From Anaerolineales bacterium (GTDB lineage Bacteria > Chloroflexota > Anaerolineae > Anaerolineales > E44-bin32): a stretch of DNA of 64,000 bases. The stretch's first letter is position 1; each line of letters starts with the position of its first letter. The notes below the pieces were generated by a model. It did no database searches, had not been told where the DNA came from, and saw only the letters and a list, made by a program, of their open reading frames with translations. The position numbers and the translations under genes are program-made. The stretch covers positions 9,785 through 73,784 of the forward strand of contig DATEVL010000038.1 of the NCBI GenBank assembly GCA_035281845.1, read 5' to 3'. Positions 24,746-34,399 of the stretch are shown here, piece after piece.

Positions 24746-26596
24746 ATGAACCACCTCGCGTTTCGCCTCCTAGAGATCGATCTGTCCGGCGGTGCCTGGT
24801 CGGCAAAGACCATCCCGGCGGAGCACGTCCACGATTTTCTGGGCGGCGCCAGCCTGGCCGCACGCATTCTATTCCCTGAGCTGATCCCGTCGCTGGATCC
24901 GCTGAGCGCGGAAGTTCCTCTGCTCTTCCTTTCCGGCCCACTGACCGGAACGGCTGGACCGTCGGTCGGCCGCTTTGTCATCTGCGGCAAGTCGCCGGCG
25001 ACGGGTTTTTGGGCGGAGTCGAACGCCGGCGGCTTCTTTGGACCTGAGATGCGCGCCTCAGGATGGGATGGGGTCCTCCTCCGAGGGAAATCGCCGGAGC
25101 CGGTCTACGTTTGGATTCATGACGGGGCCGTCGAGCTACGACCGGCGAGCCACCTGTGGGGAAACGCCGACACGTACGAGACTCAGGCCCGCCTCAAGGA
25201 AGAGCTGGGGGATCCACTCGTCCGGATCGCCTGCATCGGCGCCGCCGGGGAGCAGCGGATTCCTTTCGCGTTAGTGCTGTGCGACCATGGGCGGGTGGCC
25301 GGGCGGACCGGCATGGGCGCGGTGATGGGCTCGAAGAACCTGAAGGCCGTCGCCGTCCGCGGACGCCAGGCACTGCCGCTCGCCGACGAGGCCGGGTTCC
25401 AGAGAGTACGCAGCCCGGCCAATCGCGCTCTTCGCGGCGACACCGTGACTTTGAGTTTGAGGACCTCGGGATCAGCCAGCGGCGCGGATTACTTCGACTA
25501 TCTGGGATCGATGCCGAAGCGGTATTTCACACGAGGGACGTTGCCTGGGTCGGCCAACGTCAGCGGCACGCACGTGGCCGAGACGATTCTGACCGGGGTA
25601 TCGACCTGCCATGGCTGCGTCATCGCCTGTGGCCGCCGGGTGCGGTTGGACGACGGAGAGACACGCAAAGGCGCCGAGTATGAGACGATGGTCGGGTTTG
25701 GGCCCAACCTCGAGATCGTCGATCTGGCAGCGATCACGCGCCTCGGCGAGCAGTGCGACCGCTATGGCCTGGATTCGATTTCGATGTCGAACATCATCGG
25801 GCTGGCGATCTTCCTGAGCCAAGACGGACACCTCTCTCCCTCCGACGCCGACGGGCTGAGGCTGGAGTGGGGAGATCCCGAGGTGGTCCGTGTGCTGATC
25901 GACCGAACCGTTCAACGACAGGGTCTGGGCGCGTGGCTCGCCGAGGGCAGCCGAGCCCTGGCTGCGCGCTGCGGAGTCCCGGAGGCGGCGGCGCAGGTCA
26001 AGGGTCTGGAGGTCGCCTTCCATGATCCGCGCGGACTGGACGGCATGTCGCTGGTCTATGCCACCTCGCCGCGCGGGGCCTGCCATAATCAGAGTGACTA
26101 CTACATGGTGGAGATCGGGCAAACTGTCGAAGAGGTCGGCGTCGGTCTGTTCGGCCGCCAGGCTGGCGCAGCCAAGGCGCGCAACGTGGCCCGCCATCAG
26201 GATTGGCGGACGATCGGAAACGCCCTGGTGCTATGCCAGTTCGCCAACGTCCCTCCGTCGACGGTGCTTGCGTTGACCAACCTTGCGATCGGAGCCGATT
26301 ACGATCTGGAGGGACTGATGGAGGCGGGAGAGCGAGGCTGGCAGCTGAAGCGTCTGATCAATCTTCGGCTTGGGCTTCGCCCTCAAGATGACCGGTTGCC
26401 GCGTCATCTGCTGGAGCCGTTGACGGACGGCGGCGCCGCAGGATACGTTCCTCCGCTGGATGAGATGCTGCAGCAGTACTACGCCGCCCGAGCTTGGGAT
26501 ACAACGAGTGGTTGGCCCTCCGAAAGCAAGCTCAGGGAGCTGGGATTGATGGATCTCGCTTCGTCGGCGAGGCCGACGATGCGGTCCACACAGTAA
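24746..26596 (+). CDS. Aldehyde:ferredoxin oxidoreductase (AOR) family tungsto/molybdopterin enzyme
   Basis: N-terminal LLEIDLSGG...FLGGASLAARILF, length and overall AOR pattern (CHGCVIAC, DSISMSN). Confidence 0.8.
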   Translation: MNHLAFRLLEIDLSGGAWSAKTIPAEHVHDFLGGASLAARILFPELIPSLDPLSAEVPLLFLSGPLTGTAGPSVGRFVICGKSPATGFWAESNAGGFFGPEMRASGWDGVLLRGKSPEPVYVWIHDGAVELRPASHLWGNADTYETQARLKEELGDPLVRIACIGAAGEQRIPFALVLCDHGRVAGRTGMGAVMGSKNLKAVAVRGRQALPLADEAGFQRVRSPANRALRGDTVTLSLRTSGSASGADYFDYLGSMPKRYFTRGTLPGSANVSGTHVAETILTGVSTCHGCVIACGRRVRLDDGETRKGAEYETMVGFGPNLEIVDLAAITRLGEQCDRYGLDSISMSNIIGLAIFLSQDGHLSPSDADGLRLEWGDPEVVRVLIDRTVQRQGLGAWLAEGSRALAARCGVPEAAAQVKGLEVAFHDPRGLDGMSLVYATSPRGACHNQSDYYMVEIGQTVEEVGVGLFGRQAGAAKARNVARHQDWRTIGNALVLCQFANVPPSTVLALTNLAIGADYDLEGLMEAGERGWQLKRLINLRLGLRPQDDRLPRHLLEPLTDGGAAGYVPPLDEMLQQYYAARAWDTTSGWPSESKLRELGLMDLASSARPTMRSTQ

Positions 26597-26641
26597 GCAG
26601 CCTCTCCTTCTGACGCGGGATCCGTTCCCGACGGAGGCTCG

Positions 26642-28276
26642 TTGGCCAAGATCGTGACGGTTGGACAGATGAAGCGGATCGAGCAGGCCGCTGACGCGGG
26701 CGGGTGGAGCTACGACAACATGATGCTGCGCGCCGGCCAGGCGGTGGCGGAAGCCGTGTTGTGGCGCCTCCCCGATCCGGGCGGGAAAGAGGCCCTCATC
26801 CTGGTGGGACCGGGGAACAACGGCGGAGACGGTCTGGTGGCCGGAGCCCGATTGGCCGAACAGGGGATGCGTGTCACCGCCTACTTGGTTCGGCCCAGGC
26901 CCGCCCCCGACCCTCACACCGCTAACCTGCGGGCGCTCGGCGGCCAGGTGCAAGGTCCGGACGACGATCGCCACGCCATGCTGGAGCGATTCGCCGGGAC
27001 GGCGGACGTCATCGTGGACGCCGTGCTGGGCACCGGTTTTACGCTTCCGATGCGGGCCGAACTTGCCGCGACGCTGCGCAGCGCGCAACAAGCCATAGAG
27101 CGCAGACGCCCGCGGCCGCTGCGAGTCGCGGTAGATTGTCCGTCGGGGTTGGACTGTGACAGTGGAGCCGTTGCCGACTCGGCTATCGCAGCCGACGTGA
27201 CGGTAACCCTGGCGGCAGCCAAGCCGGGTCTGTTACAGTTCCCCGGTGCCGGCCTGGTCGGGGAGATCGTCGTCGCCGACATCGGCCTGAAACCGGACAT
27301 GAGAGAGTTGACCGAGGTGCAAATGGAACTGGCTGAGCTGAAAACGGTCCGCGGCTGGTTGCCGCAACGTCCGCCCGATTCCCACAAAGGGACCTTCGGG
27401 ACAGCAGTCATCGCCGGTGGTTCCGTCAACTACCCGGGGTCGGCCGGCCTGGCAGCGGCCGGAGCCTACCGGGTGGGCGCCGGATTGGTGTGCCTGGCCG
27501 TGCCGGGGGCGATCCACGGCCTGCTGGTTTCGCTTATTCCGGAGGCGACGTGGCTGATCCTCCCCCAAGAGATGGGTGTCATTGCCGAAGCCGCGGCAGA
27601 TGTCCTGCGGGGTAGGGCGGCCGGGGTGGAAGTTCTGCTGGTGGGCCCCGGGATCGGCCGGGAGGAAACGACACGCAAGTTTCTAGCCCGATTGCTGCAG
27701 CCAGCCGAAGCGGGCGGCCGCGCCCGAATCGGCTTCATCCACTCGCAAGCCGAGGCGGCTCCCAGTATGGTCACTCTGCCTCAACTCATCGTCGACGCCG
27801 ACGGGCTGCGTCTGCTGGCTGAATTGGAGGGCTGGCCGGCCCTTCTTCCGGCGGGAACGATTCTCACCCCGCACCCGGGCGAGATGGAGGCCCTCACAGG
27901 CCTAGATACAGCCACGATCCAGTCCAACCGAGAAGGCGTGGCGAGGGACTGGGCCTTGCAGTGGGGCCACATCGTCGTGCTCAAAGGGGCGCACACGGTC
28001 GTTGCCTCGCCGGATGGACGGGCCTGGGTGCTTCCATACGCGACGGCGGCCCTGGCCAAAGCGGGGACGGGGGACGTCCTCGCCGGTGCCATCGCCGGGT
28101 TCTGCGCACAAGGCGTGTCTCCGGCCGAAGCGGCCGTCCTGGCCGGTACGCTCCACGGTCGCGCCGGGGTCTTGGCGGCGGGCGAAGCCGGTTCGACGGC
28201 AGGAGTCCTGGCCGGAGATGTGGCCCGTCATCTGCCTGCGGCGATCGCCGAATTGGAGTCGATGCCGGCAAGCTGA
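26642..28276 (+). CDS. nnr: Bifunctional NAD(P)H-hydrate epimerase/dehydratase
   Basis: The YjeF_N part (LVGPGNNGGDGLV) and the carbohydrate-kinase-like C-terminal part (HKGTFG..., GTGDVLAGAIAG). TTG start. Confidence 0.9.
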   Translation: MAKIVTVGQMKRIEQAADAGGWSYDNMMLRAGQAVAEAVLWRLPDPGGKEALILVGPGNNGGDGLVAGARLAEQGMRVTAYLVRPRPAPDPHTANLRALGGQVQGPDDDRHAMLERFAGTADVIVDAVLGTGFTLPMRAELAATLRSAQQAIERRRPRPLRVAVDCPSGLDCDSGAVADSAIAADVTVTLAAAKPGLLQFPGAGLVGEIVVADIGLKPDMRELTEVQMELAELKTVRGWLPQRPPDSHKGTFGTAVIAGGSVNYPGSAGLAAAGAYRVGAGLVCLAVPGAIHGLLVSLIPEATWLILPQEMGVIAEAAADVLRGRAAGVEVLLVGPGIGREETTRKFLARLLQPAEAGGRARIGFIHSQAEAAPSMVTLPQLIVDADGLRLLAELEGWPALLPAGTILTPHPGEMEALTGLDTATIQSNREGVARDWALQWGHIVVLKGAHTVVASPDGRAWVLPYATAALAKAGTGDVLAGAIAGFCAQGVSPAEAAVLAGTLHGRAGVLAAGEAGSTAGVLAGDVARHLPAAIAELESMPAS

Positions 28277-28321
28277 AGACCCCATCGCCGAGGTTGCGCA
28301 CCGACCGAGTTGGAGGTCACG

Positions 28322-28359
28322 AACAAAACCAGAGAGCGCGCCGACGGCGCGCTCTCTGG
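28322..28359 (-). terminator. Intrinsic terminator for the YtxH/DUF948 operon
   Basis: Perfect 14-bp stem CCAGAGAGCGCGCC-GAC-GGCGCGCTCTCTGG (28329-28359). The U-tract exists only on the minus strand (TTTTGTT). Confidence 0.7.
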
Positions 28360-28397
28360 GTAGCTCGAAATAGAGCTTGGTGCTGGGACAGGGGTGC

Positions 28398-28730
28398 TTA
28401 GCTGCGCTTCGTCTGCGGAGGTGCCTTGGCGGCCTCGACGGCCGCGTCGAGCCGCGCCTTCTGTTCCTCGAGCACGACCTGTCCCCGCCGCTGCAGGTCC
28501 TCGGCTTTGGACTTGGCATCGCGAGCCATCTCCTCGGCGCGCACCCTCGCCGCCGTCGCCGATTCGCCGACCTTATCGCGAATCTCGATGCCTTTTTCCT
28601 GGATCATCATCCGAGTCTCTTCCCCGGACTGCGGGGCGAAGAGCAGAGCGACAGCGGCGCCGACCGCTCCACCCACAACCAGCCCCAAGAAGAACGTGCC
28701 GAAATCGAGATCACTTCCGTTGTCCGACAT
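28398..28730 (-). CDS. YtxH domain protein
   Basis: FFLGLVVGGAVGAAVALLFAPQSGEETR signature followed by a charged helical tail. Confidence 0.75.
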   Translation of the reverse strand: MSDNGSDLDFGTFFLGLVVGGAVGAAVALLFAPQSGEETRMMIQEKGIEIRDKVGESATAARVRAEEMARDAKSKAEDLQRRGQVVLEEQKARLDAAVEAAKAPPQTKRS

Positions 28731-28757
28731 TGCCAGCCTCCCGTAGGGTCGCTAGGT

Positions 28758-29213
28758 TTACCGCAATCGGCCGAGCCCGATGAGCTCGATCGCCCGCCGC
28801 AGCGCGGCGGCCGCTCCGCCCAGACGAACGACCGGCCGCAACATGTTATCGCTCAGGAACTCGGTTGTGCCGCGCACGTGGCTGAGGGTCTCGTTGGTCG
28901 CCTCCAGCATCGGCCGGACTTCGTTCTGAAGCAGGGCCGTCAACCGCGCCACCTGGATGATGAGCAGGATGACCGCCACGCCCGTGATCAGCGACTCGAT
29001 GCCGATCAAGACGATGACCGTATCGCGCAGGGCCTCGGCCTTTAGGGGGTTTTGGACCAGCGTATTGACGAGGACAACAAGACCGCCGAGAAAGAGCAAC
29101 GACAGTCCAACGGCCAGCAGGATGATCAGCGTTCTGCGGTTGTCGGACGATCGGGAGGGCTCTTCCGCGGCGGCGATTTCGTCGTCGTCCGGTGCGGTCG
29201 AGCGGCCTTCCAC
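28758..29213 (-). CDS. DUF948-like membrane protein
   Basis: A single or double TM segment followed by a helical region. Adjacent to a YtxH gene, a common pairing. GTG start. Confidence 0.65.
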   Translation of the reverse strand: MEGRSTAPDDDEIAAAEEPSRSSDNRRTLIILLAVGLSLLFLGGLVVLVNTLVQNPLKAEALRDTVIVLIGIESLITGVAVILLIIQVARLTALLQNEVRPMLEATNETLSHVRGTTEFLSDNMLRPVVRLGGAAAALRRAIELIGLGRLR

Positions 29214-29221
29214 AGTCGAAG

Positions 29222-29253
29222 ATTATACCACTGGGTCGATCCGGAGGTCATCG
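29222..29253 (-). promoter_or_regulatory. Promoter TGACCT-17-TGgTATAAT, 8 nt upstream of GTG 29213 (leaderless-type)
   Basis: Minus-strand reading: TGACCTccggatcgacccagTGgTATAATcttcgactGTG. Confidence 0.5.
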
Positions 29254-29454
29254 GCGAAAGCGCCCGAGCGGGAGTGAAGTTCTTCTCCCACAGACCCACT
29301 CGGTCCCGTCGAGTCTCAGGGAACCTGGGGCCACGCGCGGTTACCCAATCCGCCTCGAGATTCAACTGTTGATCGCTTGAGGGAGATCCGGAGGGCTGGG
29401 CGGGGCCGCTTGGGAGGGGCCGCCGACCTTGCGCAATCCCCTAAGCCCATGGTC

Positions 29455-29742
29455 TTAGTCGGAACTGGAGGGGCGCGCCCCGCCTCCGCGCGGGCCGACC
29501 AGCAGGGAGGCGGCGGCCAGCCCTATGATCGTGGCGACGACCGCCGGCAGCAGGTTCAGGCTGCCGAGCCTGCCGGTTCCCCAGCCCATCAGGGACGCCA
29601 CCGCATGCCCGAGGAAGAAGGCGATCCAGGCCGTGACCATGTACAGAAGCAGTCGGCCCAGAGTCCCGCCGCGCACGACGTGGAAGGCAAAACCCAGAAG
29701 ACTTGCGATTAGGAAGCCAAGGTAGGCCGAGGGCAGGCTCAT
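29455..29742 (-). CDS. Small hydrophobic membrane protein (95 aa, about 3 TM)
   Basis: The ATG overlaps the mnmA stop (ATGA). The composition is uniformly hydrophobic. Confidence 0.6.
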   Translation of the reverse strand: MSLPSAYLGFLIASLLGFAFHVVRGGTLGRLLLYMVTAWIAFFLGHAVASLMGWGTGRLGSLNLLPAVVATIIGLAAASLLVGPRGGGARPSSSD

Positions 29743-30803
29743 GAAGCGATGATGCCGCCTCCCAGGCAGACCTCGCCGCGGAAGAAGACGGCGGACTGGC
29801 CCGGGGTCACATCGGGAAGGGGTCGGTCCAAATCCACCTCGGTGCCGCCGTCGGGTAGCAGCTTGACCTGGCAGCCGACCTGTCGAGCTCGGTAGCGCAC
29901 TTGAACCTCGGCCTTGGAGGAGTCTTGGAGAGGCTCCCCGGACACCCAGTTGACCGGCAGCGTGCGAAATGCGTTGCGGCCCAAGCTCTGGCGCGGCCCC
30001 ACCACAAGGGTGTTGGCCGTCACGTCTTTGGCCAGGACATACAACGGCTCGTTCGACGCCAAGCCGAGCCCGCGTCTCTGACCGATGGTGTAAGCCGCCA
30101 GACCGCTATGCTCGCCGACGGCGTTCCCGGCCGGATCGAGGATAGGGCCAGGAGAAAGTCCGTCGCCACCATTCCGCTGGAGAAAGGATCGGTAGTCCTC
30201 CCCGGCGAGGAAGCACAGGTCCTGGCTTTCCGGACGATCGGCGATCGCCAGGCCCCGCTGCCGAGCGTACGCGCGGACCTCGGGTTTTGTGAGTCCTCCC
30301 AACGGGAAGACGGCCCGAGCCAATTCGCTTTGGCCGAGTACGCTCAGGACGTAGGATTGATCCTTCTGAGGATCAATGCCGCGCAGGAGAGTGCGTTTAC
30401 CATCCCGTTCCACCACTTGTGCATAGTGGCCAGTCGCCAAGAAGCTGGCTCCGAGACTCATCGCGTCGGCGAGCAACCTCGTCCAACGGATGTAGCGATT
30501 GCATTCGATGCAGGGGTTGGGCGTTAACCCTTGCGCATAGCCATTAAGAAAGACCGCGACGACGTGCTCCTTGAACGCGGCTTTCATGTCGAGAACGTAG
30601 AAAGGTATGTCCAGGCTGGCCGCCACGCTTCTGGCACCGGCGACGTCGGCGGGGGAACAACAGCGGTTGACTCGCCCGTCTTCGACCCACAGGCGCATCA
30701 TCACGCCGAAAACATCCGCACCTTGATCGACCAACAGGGCTGCGGCAACAGAGCTGTCCACGCCGCCGCTCATCGCGACGGCGACCTTGCCTGGCAGGGT
30801 CAT
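29739..30803 (-). CDS. mnmA: tRNA 2-thiouridine(34) synthase
   Basis: PP-loop VAVAMSGGVDSSVAAALL and overall MnmA layout. Confidence 0.9.
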   Translation of the reverse strand: MTLPGKVAVAMSGGVDSSVAAALLVDQGADVFGVMMRLWVEDGRVNRCCSPADVAGARSVAASLDIPFYVLDMKAAFKEHVVAVFLNGYAQGLTPNPCIECNRYIRWTRLLADAMSLGASFLATGHYAQVVERDGKRTLLRGIDPQKDQSYVLSVLGQSELARAVFPLGGLTKPEVRAYARQRGLAIADRPESQDLCFLAGEDYRSFLQRNGGDGLSPGPILDPAGNAVGEHSGLAAYTIGQRRGLGLASNEPLYVLAKDVTANTLVVGPRQSLGRNAFRTLPVNWVSGEPLQDSSKAEVQVRYRARQVGCQVKLLPDGGTEVDLDRPLPDVTPGQSAVFFRGEVCLGGGIIAS

Positions 30804-31972
30804 CCGGCCGCCAGCGCGACTCGGCGTTGCGCTTCGACAAGACGAGGAAGCACATCGAGGAATTCGCCGATGTCGGCCTCCGTCGTAGGGCGGCCGACCG
30901 TGACGCGCAAAGATCCCAGCGCCAGGGAAGGGTCGAGACCGAGAGCGAGCAACACCGACGACGGTTCGGGATCGCCCGTCTTGCAGGCCGAGGCCGAGGA
31001 GCAGGCAAACCCGGCCAGATCGAGGGCGGCCAGCAATCGGTTGCCATCGACCCCGTCGAAGGCGAAGGACGCATGGTTGGGGAGGCGCGCTTCAGGGTGT
31101 CCGGTGAGGACCGCACCAGGGACGGAGGCCAGGATCGCCTCTATCAGGCGTCGACGCATCGAGAGAAATCGAGGTTCATGACGGCCACGTTCGGCGTCGG
31201 TGATCTCGAAGGCCGTGGCTAGGCCGACGATCAACGGGACGTTCTCTGTCCCTGCCCGTCGCCCGTCTTCCTGTCCGCCACCGGGCTGGATCGCGACCAG
31301 GTGGATGCCGGATCGGCAGAAGAGCGCGCCGACGCCCTTGGGCCCGTAGAACTTATGGGCGCCGATCGAAATCAAGTCGGCCCCGAGTTCGTCCGACCGT
31401 AGGTCCAGCTGGCTGGCGGCCTGGACCGCGTCGGTGTGGAGCGCGATTTCCCGCTCGCGGCAAATAGCGGCAATTTCACGGATCGGATTCACCGTGCCGA
31501 TCTCGTTGTTGCCATGGATCACCGAAACGAGCGCCGTCTCGCTCCGAAGGGCGCGCCGCACCGAGTCCGGATCGACGCGGCCGAAGCGGTCGACCGGAAG
31601 CAGCTCGATCTCGAAGGCGTGGTAGCGCTCCAGGTAGCGGCAGGCGTTGAGAATGGCCGGATGCTCGACCGGTGAGGTTAGAACGTGCCGCGCTCCGCGC
31701 TCGGCTTGCGCCGCCAGGGCCGCGCCGCGGACGGCGAGGTTGTCGCTCTCGGTCCCGCCGCTGGTGAAGATGATCTCCGAGGAGGCGCATCCGAGGACGG
31801 CACCGACGCGCGTCCTCGCCAGTTCGAGCGCGGCCTGGGCCTCCTGGCCGAAGCCGTGGATGCTGGAGGGGTTGCCGAACCCCGGGCGGAAGTGAGGCAG
31901 CATGGCCTGGATCACCCGCTCGTCGACAGGCGTGCTGGCGGCGTAATCCAGATAGACGCGGGCCGAGGCCAT
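30800..31972 (-). CDS. Cysteine desulfurase (NifS/IscS class V aminotransferase)
   Basis: YLDYAASTP...FTSGGTESDN...HKFYGPKG...SSASAC motifs. The stop overlaps the mnmA start. Confidence 0.9.
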   Translation of the reverse strand: MASARVYLDYAASTPVDERVIQAMLPHFRPGFGNPSSIHGFGQEAQAALELARTRVGAVLGCASSEIIFTSGGTESDNLAVRGAALAAQAERGARHVLTSPVEHPAILNACRYLERYHAFEIELLPVDRFGRVDPDSVRRALRSETALVSVIHGNNEIGTVNPIREIAAICREREIALHTDAVQAASQLDLRSDELGADLISIGAHKFYGPKGVGALFCRSGIHLVAIQPGGGQEDGRRAGTENVPLIVGLATAFEITDAERGRHEPRFLSMRRRLIEAILASVPGAVLTGHPEARLPNHASFAFDGVDGNRLLAALDLAGFACSSASACKTGDPEPSSVLLALGLDPSLALGSLRVTVGRPTTEADIGEFLDVLPRLVEAQRRVALAAG

Positions 31973-31978
31973 GACGCG

Positions 31979-31987
31979 ATTCTAACA
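31979..31987 (-). promoter_or_regulatory. Extended -10 TGtTAGAAT placed 6 nt upstream of ATG 31972 (leaderless-type)
   Basis: Minus-strand reading: TGtTAGAATcgcgtcATG. Confidence 0.5.
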
Positions 31988-32114
31988 TCAGGCTATCGTT
32001 GGCGTTCGAAGGCAACACGTCTGCTGTTTCGCGAGGGTATTTGGAGCTAGGACTGCGCGGCGCGGCGGAGGTGGCGTGTCGCGGGTCCTGGTTATAATCG
32101 GCTGGGTATTTGCC

Positions 32115-33419
32115 ATGACTACAACCATCAGTTCCGTTCACGCTCTTGAAGTGCTTGACTCTCGTGGAAACCCGACCGTGGAAGCCGAAGTTCGGCTGAG
32201 CGACGGCGCGACCGGCAGGGCGATCGTCCCTTCGGGCGCGTCGACAGGTTCGCACGAGGCCTTGGAGTTGCGAGACGGGGAGCCGTCGCGTTTCGGCGGC
32301 AAGGGAGTCCGCCGCGCAGTGGCAAACGTCAACGGGCCCATCGCGCAGCGGTTGGTCGGGCGCGAACCGCTCCAGCGAGAAATCGACCTGGCTCTGATCG
32401 AGCTCGACGGCGAGCCGAACAAGGGCCGGTTGGGAGCCAACGCCGTGCTGGCGACGAGCCTGGCCGTCGCCCGCGCCACCGCCGCCTCGAAGAAGATCCC
32501 TCTTTACCGCCACCTTGGCGGTGGGCAAGGCAGCCTGTTGCCCGTGCCAATGCTCAACATCCTCAACGGCGGCGTGCACACCGGTTGGCAGTCGACCGAC
32601 GCCCAGGAGTTCATGGTGATGCCGTTGGGAGCCGCCACCTTCGCCGAAGGTCTCCGCTGGGGAGTCGAGGTCTACCAGGCCTTGCGCGCCGCCCTCAAGA
32701 AACGCGGGTACTCAACGCTGGTCGGCGATGAAGGAGGCTACGCGCCCACACTGAAAGCCAACGCCGAAGCCGTCGAAGTCATCCTGGAGGCCATTCTGCA
32801 GGCCGGCCTCAGCGCGCCCGGGCAGATGGCCCTGGCCCTCGACCCGGCCGCGTCCGAGTTGTACGACGCCGAGAAACAGCAATACAACCTGCGACGTGAA
32901 GGTCGCGTTCTCGACGGGGAAGGGATGATCCGTTATTGGGCCGACTGGGTCCGCCAGTATCCCATCGTCTCGATCGAAGACGGCTTGGCCCAGGACGACT
33001 GGCCTTCGTGGCAGGCGTTCACCGCCGAGCTCGGAGACCGGATCCAGATCGTAGGCGACGACTTGTTGGTGACGAACCCGGTCCGTGTCCGGCGGGCGAT
33101 TGAGGAAAGATCGTGTAATGCCCTGTTGGTCAAAGTCAACCAGATCGGCACGCTGACGGAGGCCATCGAAGCGATCGAGCTCTGCCGCCAGGCGGGTTGG
33201 CGGGCAGTCGCCTCTCATCGCTCCGGAGAGACTGAGGATACGACGATTGCCGATCTCTCGGTGGCGCTGGAGTTGGGTCAGATCAAGACCGGGGCGCCGG
33301 CACGGACCGACCGCGTCGCCAAGTACAACCAACTACTGCGGATCGAGGAAGAGCTGGGTCCGCAGGCACGCTATGCGGGGTGGGGGGCGTTGGCCGTGCG
33401 GCCGAGCGAGAAGGGATAG
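32115..33419 (+). CDS. eno: Enolase (434 aa)
   Basis: [22 protein letters not shown]...SHRSGETED...[29 protein letters not shown] at 32093-32098. Confidence 0.92.
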   Translation: MTTTISSVHALEVLDSRGNPTVEAEVRLSDGATGRAIVPSGASTGSHEALELRDGEPSRFGGKGVRRAVANVNGPIAQRLVGREPLQREIDLALIELDGEPNKGRLGANAVLATSLAVARATAASKKIPLYRHLGGGQGSLLPVPMLNILNGGVHTGWQSTDAQEFMVMPLGAATFAEGLRWGVEVYQALRAALKKRGYSTLVGDEGGYAPTLKANAEAVEVILEAILQAGLSAPGQMALALDPAASELYDAEKQQYNLRREGRVLDGEGMIRYWADWVRQYPIVSIEDGLAQDDWPSWQAFTAELGDRIQIVGDDLLVTNPVRVRRAIEERSCNALLVKVNQIGTLTEAIEAIELCRQAGWRAVASHRSGETEDTTIADLSVALELGQIKTGAPARTDRVAKYNQLLRIEEELGPQARYAGWGALAVRPSEKG

Positions 33420-33453
33420 CCGCCCCCCGCGCTCGTGAAGGATAGGAGAACGC

Positions 33454-33942
33454 TCAGGCCCCGGTCGGCAGCGCTTGCTCCGCCGGGGTTTCCGCTCGGA
33501 CAGGCTGCGCAGGCGTGCCGCAATACGGGCACAGGTTCCACGGGAGATCAAGCAGTCGCCCGCAGCGGACGCACGCCTTCCGCAGACGAGTATGGCAATG
33601 CGGGCAGATTTGCCACTCGCGGTCGGCCCGGCGACTGCAACCCGGGCACGTCGCTTGCTCCTCGATCCCGACCAGCAACGCCTCTTCCTCCAGCGCCCGC
33701 TCGTATTCCTCTTCGAGGGTCAGCCTCGGCCGTAGGACGAGGTAGACGATGACCCCCGGCAGACTGAGGAGCAGTACCAGCAAGGGGGCCAGGACGCGCA
33801 AGAAGCGGTCGTTCGAGCGGGCGCGGATGTCGCGCCAGGTCCAGAAGGCGAGGCTCAGCCACAGGGCGACCAGGAAGGCCCCGAAGGCGGCCGAAAAGTA
33901 GAGAAACAAACCTCCAAGGCTTTCCAAGCCGAGATTGGGCAT
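33454..33942 (-). CDS. Membrane protein with PLD_nuc_N-like TM hairpin and C-terminal double zinc ribbon (162 aa)
   Basis: WTWRDIRARS...LLSLPGVIVYLVLRP, followed by CPGC...CPHC...CVRC...CPYC. Start MPNLG with TGcTATAAT 10 nt upstream. Confidence 0.65.
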   Translation of the reverse strand: MPNLGLESLGGLFLYFSAAFGAFLVALWLSLAFWTWRDIRARSNDRFLRVLAPLLVLLLSLPGVIVYLVLRPRLTLEEEYERALEEEALLVGIEEQATCPGCSRRADREWQICPHCHTRLRKACVRCGRLLDLPWNLCPYCGTPAQPVRAETPAEQALPTGA

Positions 33943-33961
33943 AGCGGCCGGGATTATAGCA

Positions 33962-34320
33962 TCGCGCAGCTGAGCCCGCGCTGAGGGGGGATTCGGACTG
34001 ACCTCCTCCTTGAGCGGAGACCGCAGAGCCGAACAGTCTCTGGACATGGTTCAGGGCGGCCTCCGGTAAGGGAGGAGGTGGTAGGGGCGTCCGCTTCTTG
34101 CGCAGAGCGTACCTCCTCGCTGAGCGGAGGCTCCTGCGTGGCAGGAGCCGCAGTCGAAGCGCGCGGCGGAGAACGCCCTTCGACCCTACGGCTTCGCTCA
34201 GGGCAGGCCTCGGCCGCAGAAACGAACCAACTCCGGACAGGGCTCAAGGCGGCCTCCGCTCAGGGAGGATGTGAGGTGATCGTTCGCTCCTCTCGCGGGA
34301 AACCGCGATTGGCCCCCGTC
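33962..34320. repeat. Non-coding block of GC-rich short repeats and hairpins
   Basis: About 45-nt direct repeat at 34036-34080 and 34229-34273. The CTGAGCGGAGG motif occurs three times, once inverted. Hairpin GGCTCCTGC-GTGGC-AGGAGCC. Confidence 0.7.
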
Positions 34321-34399
34321 CTAGTTGACGCTAGGGCGGCCTGTTGTAGAGTCCCTGTACCTCTGCTTTGTGGCAGGGAGCTTGCATCCGGAGGGGGAA

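Noticed and set aside
29214-29454. Possible sRNA (6S/SRP-like) in the 240-nt gap after the small membrane protein gene
   Set aside because: I could not find conserved SRP, 6S or tmRNA motifs, or a terminator. Only the downstream promoter is recognisable.
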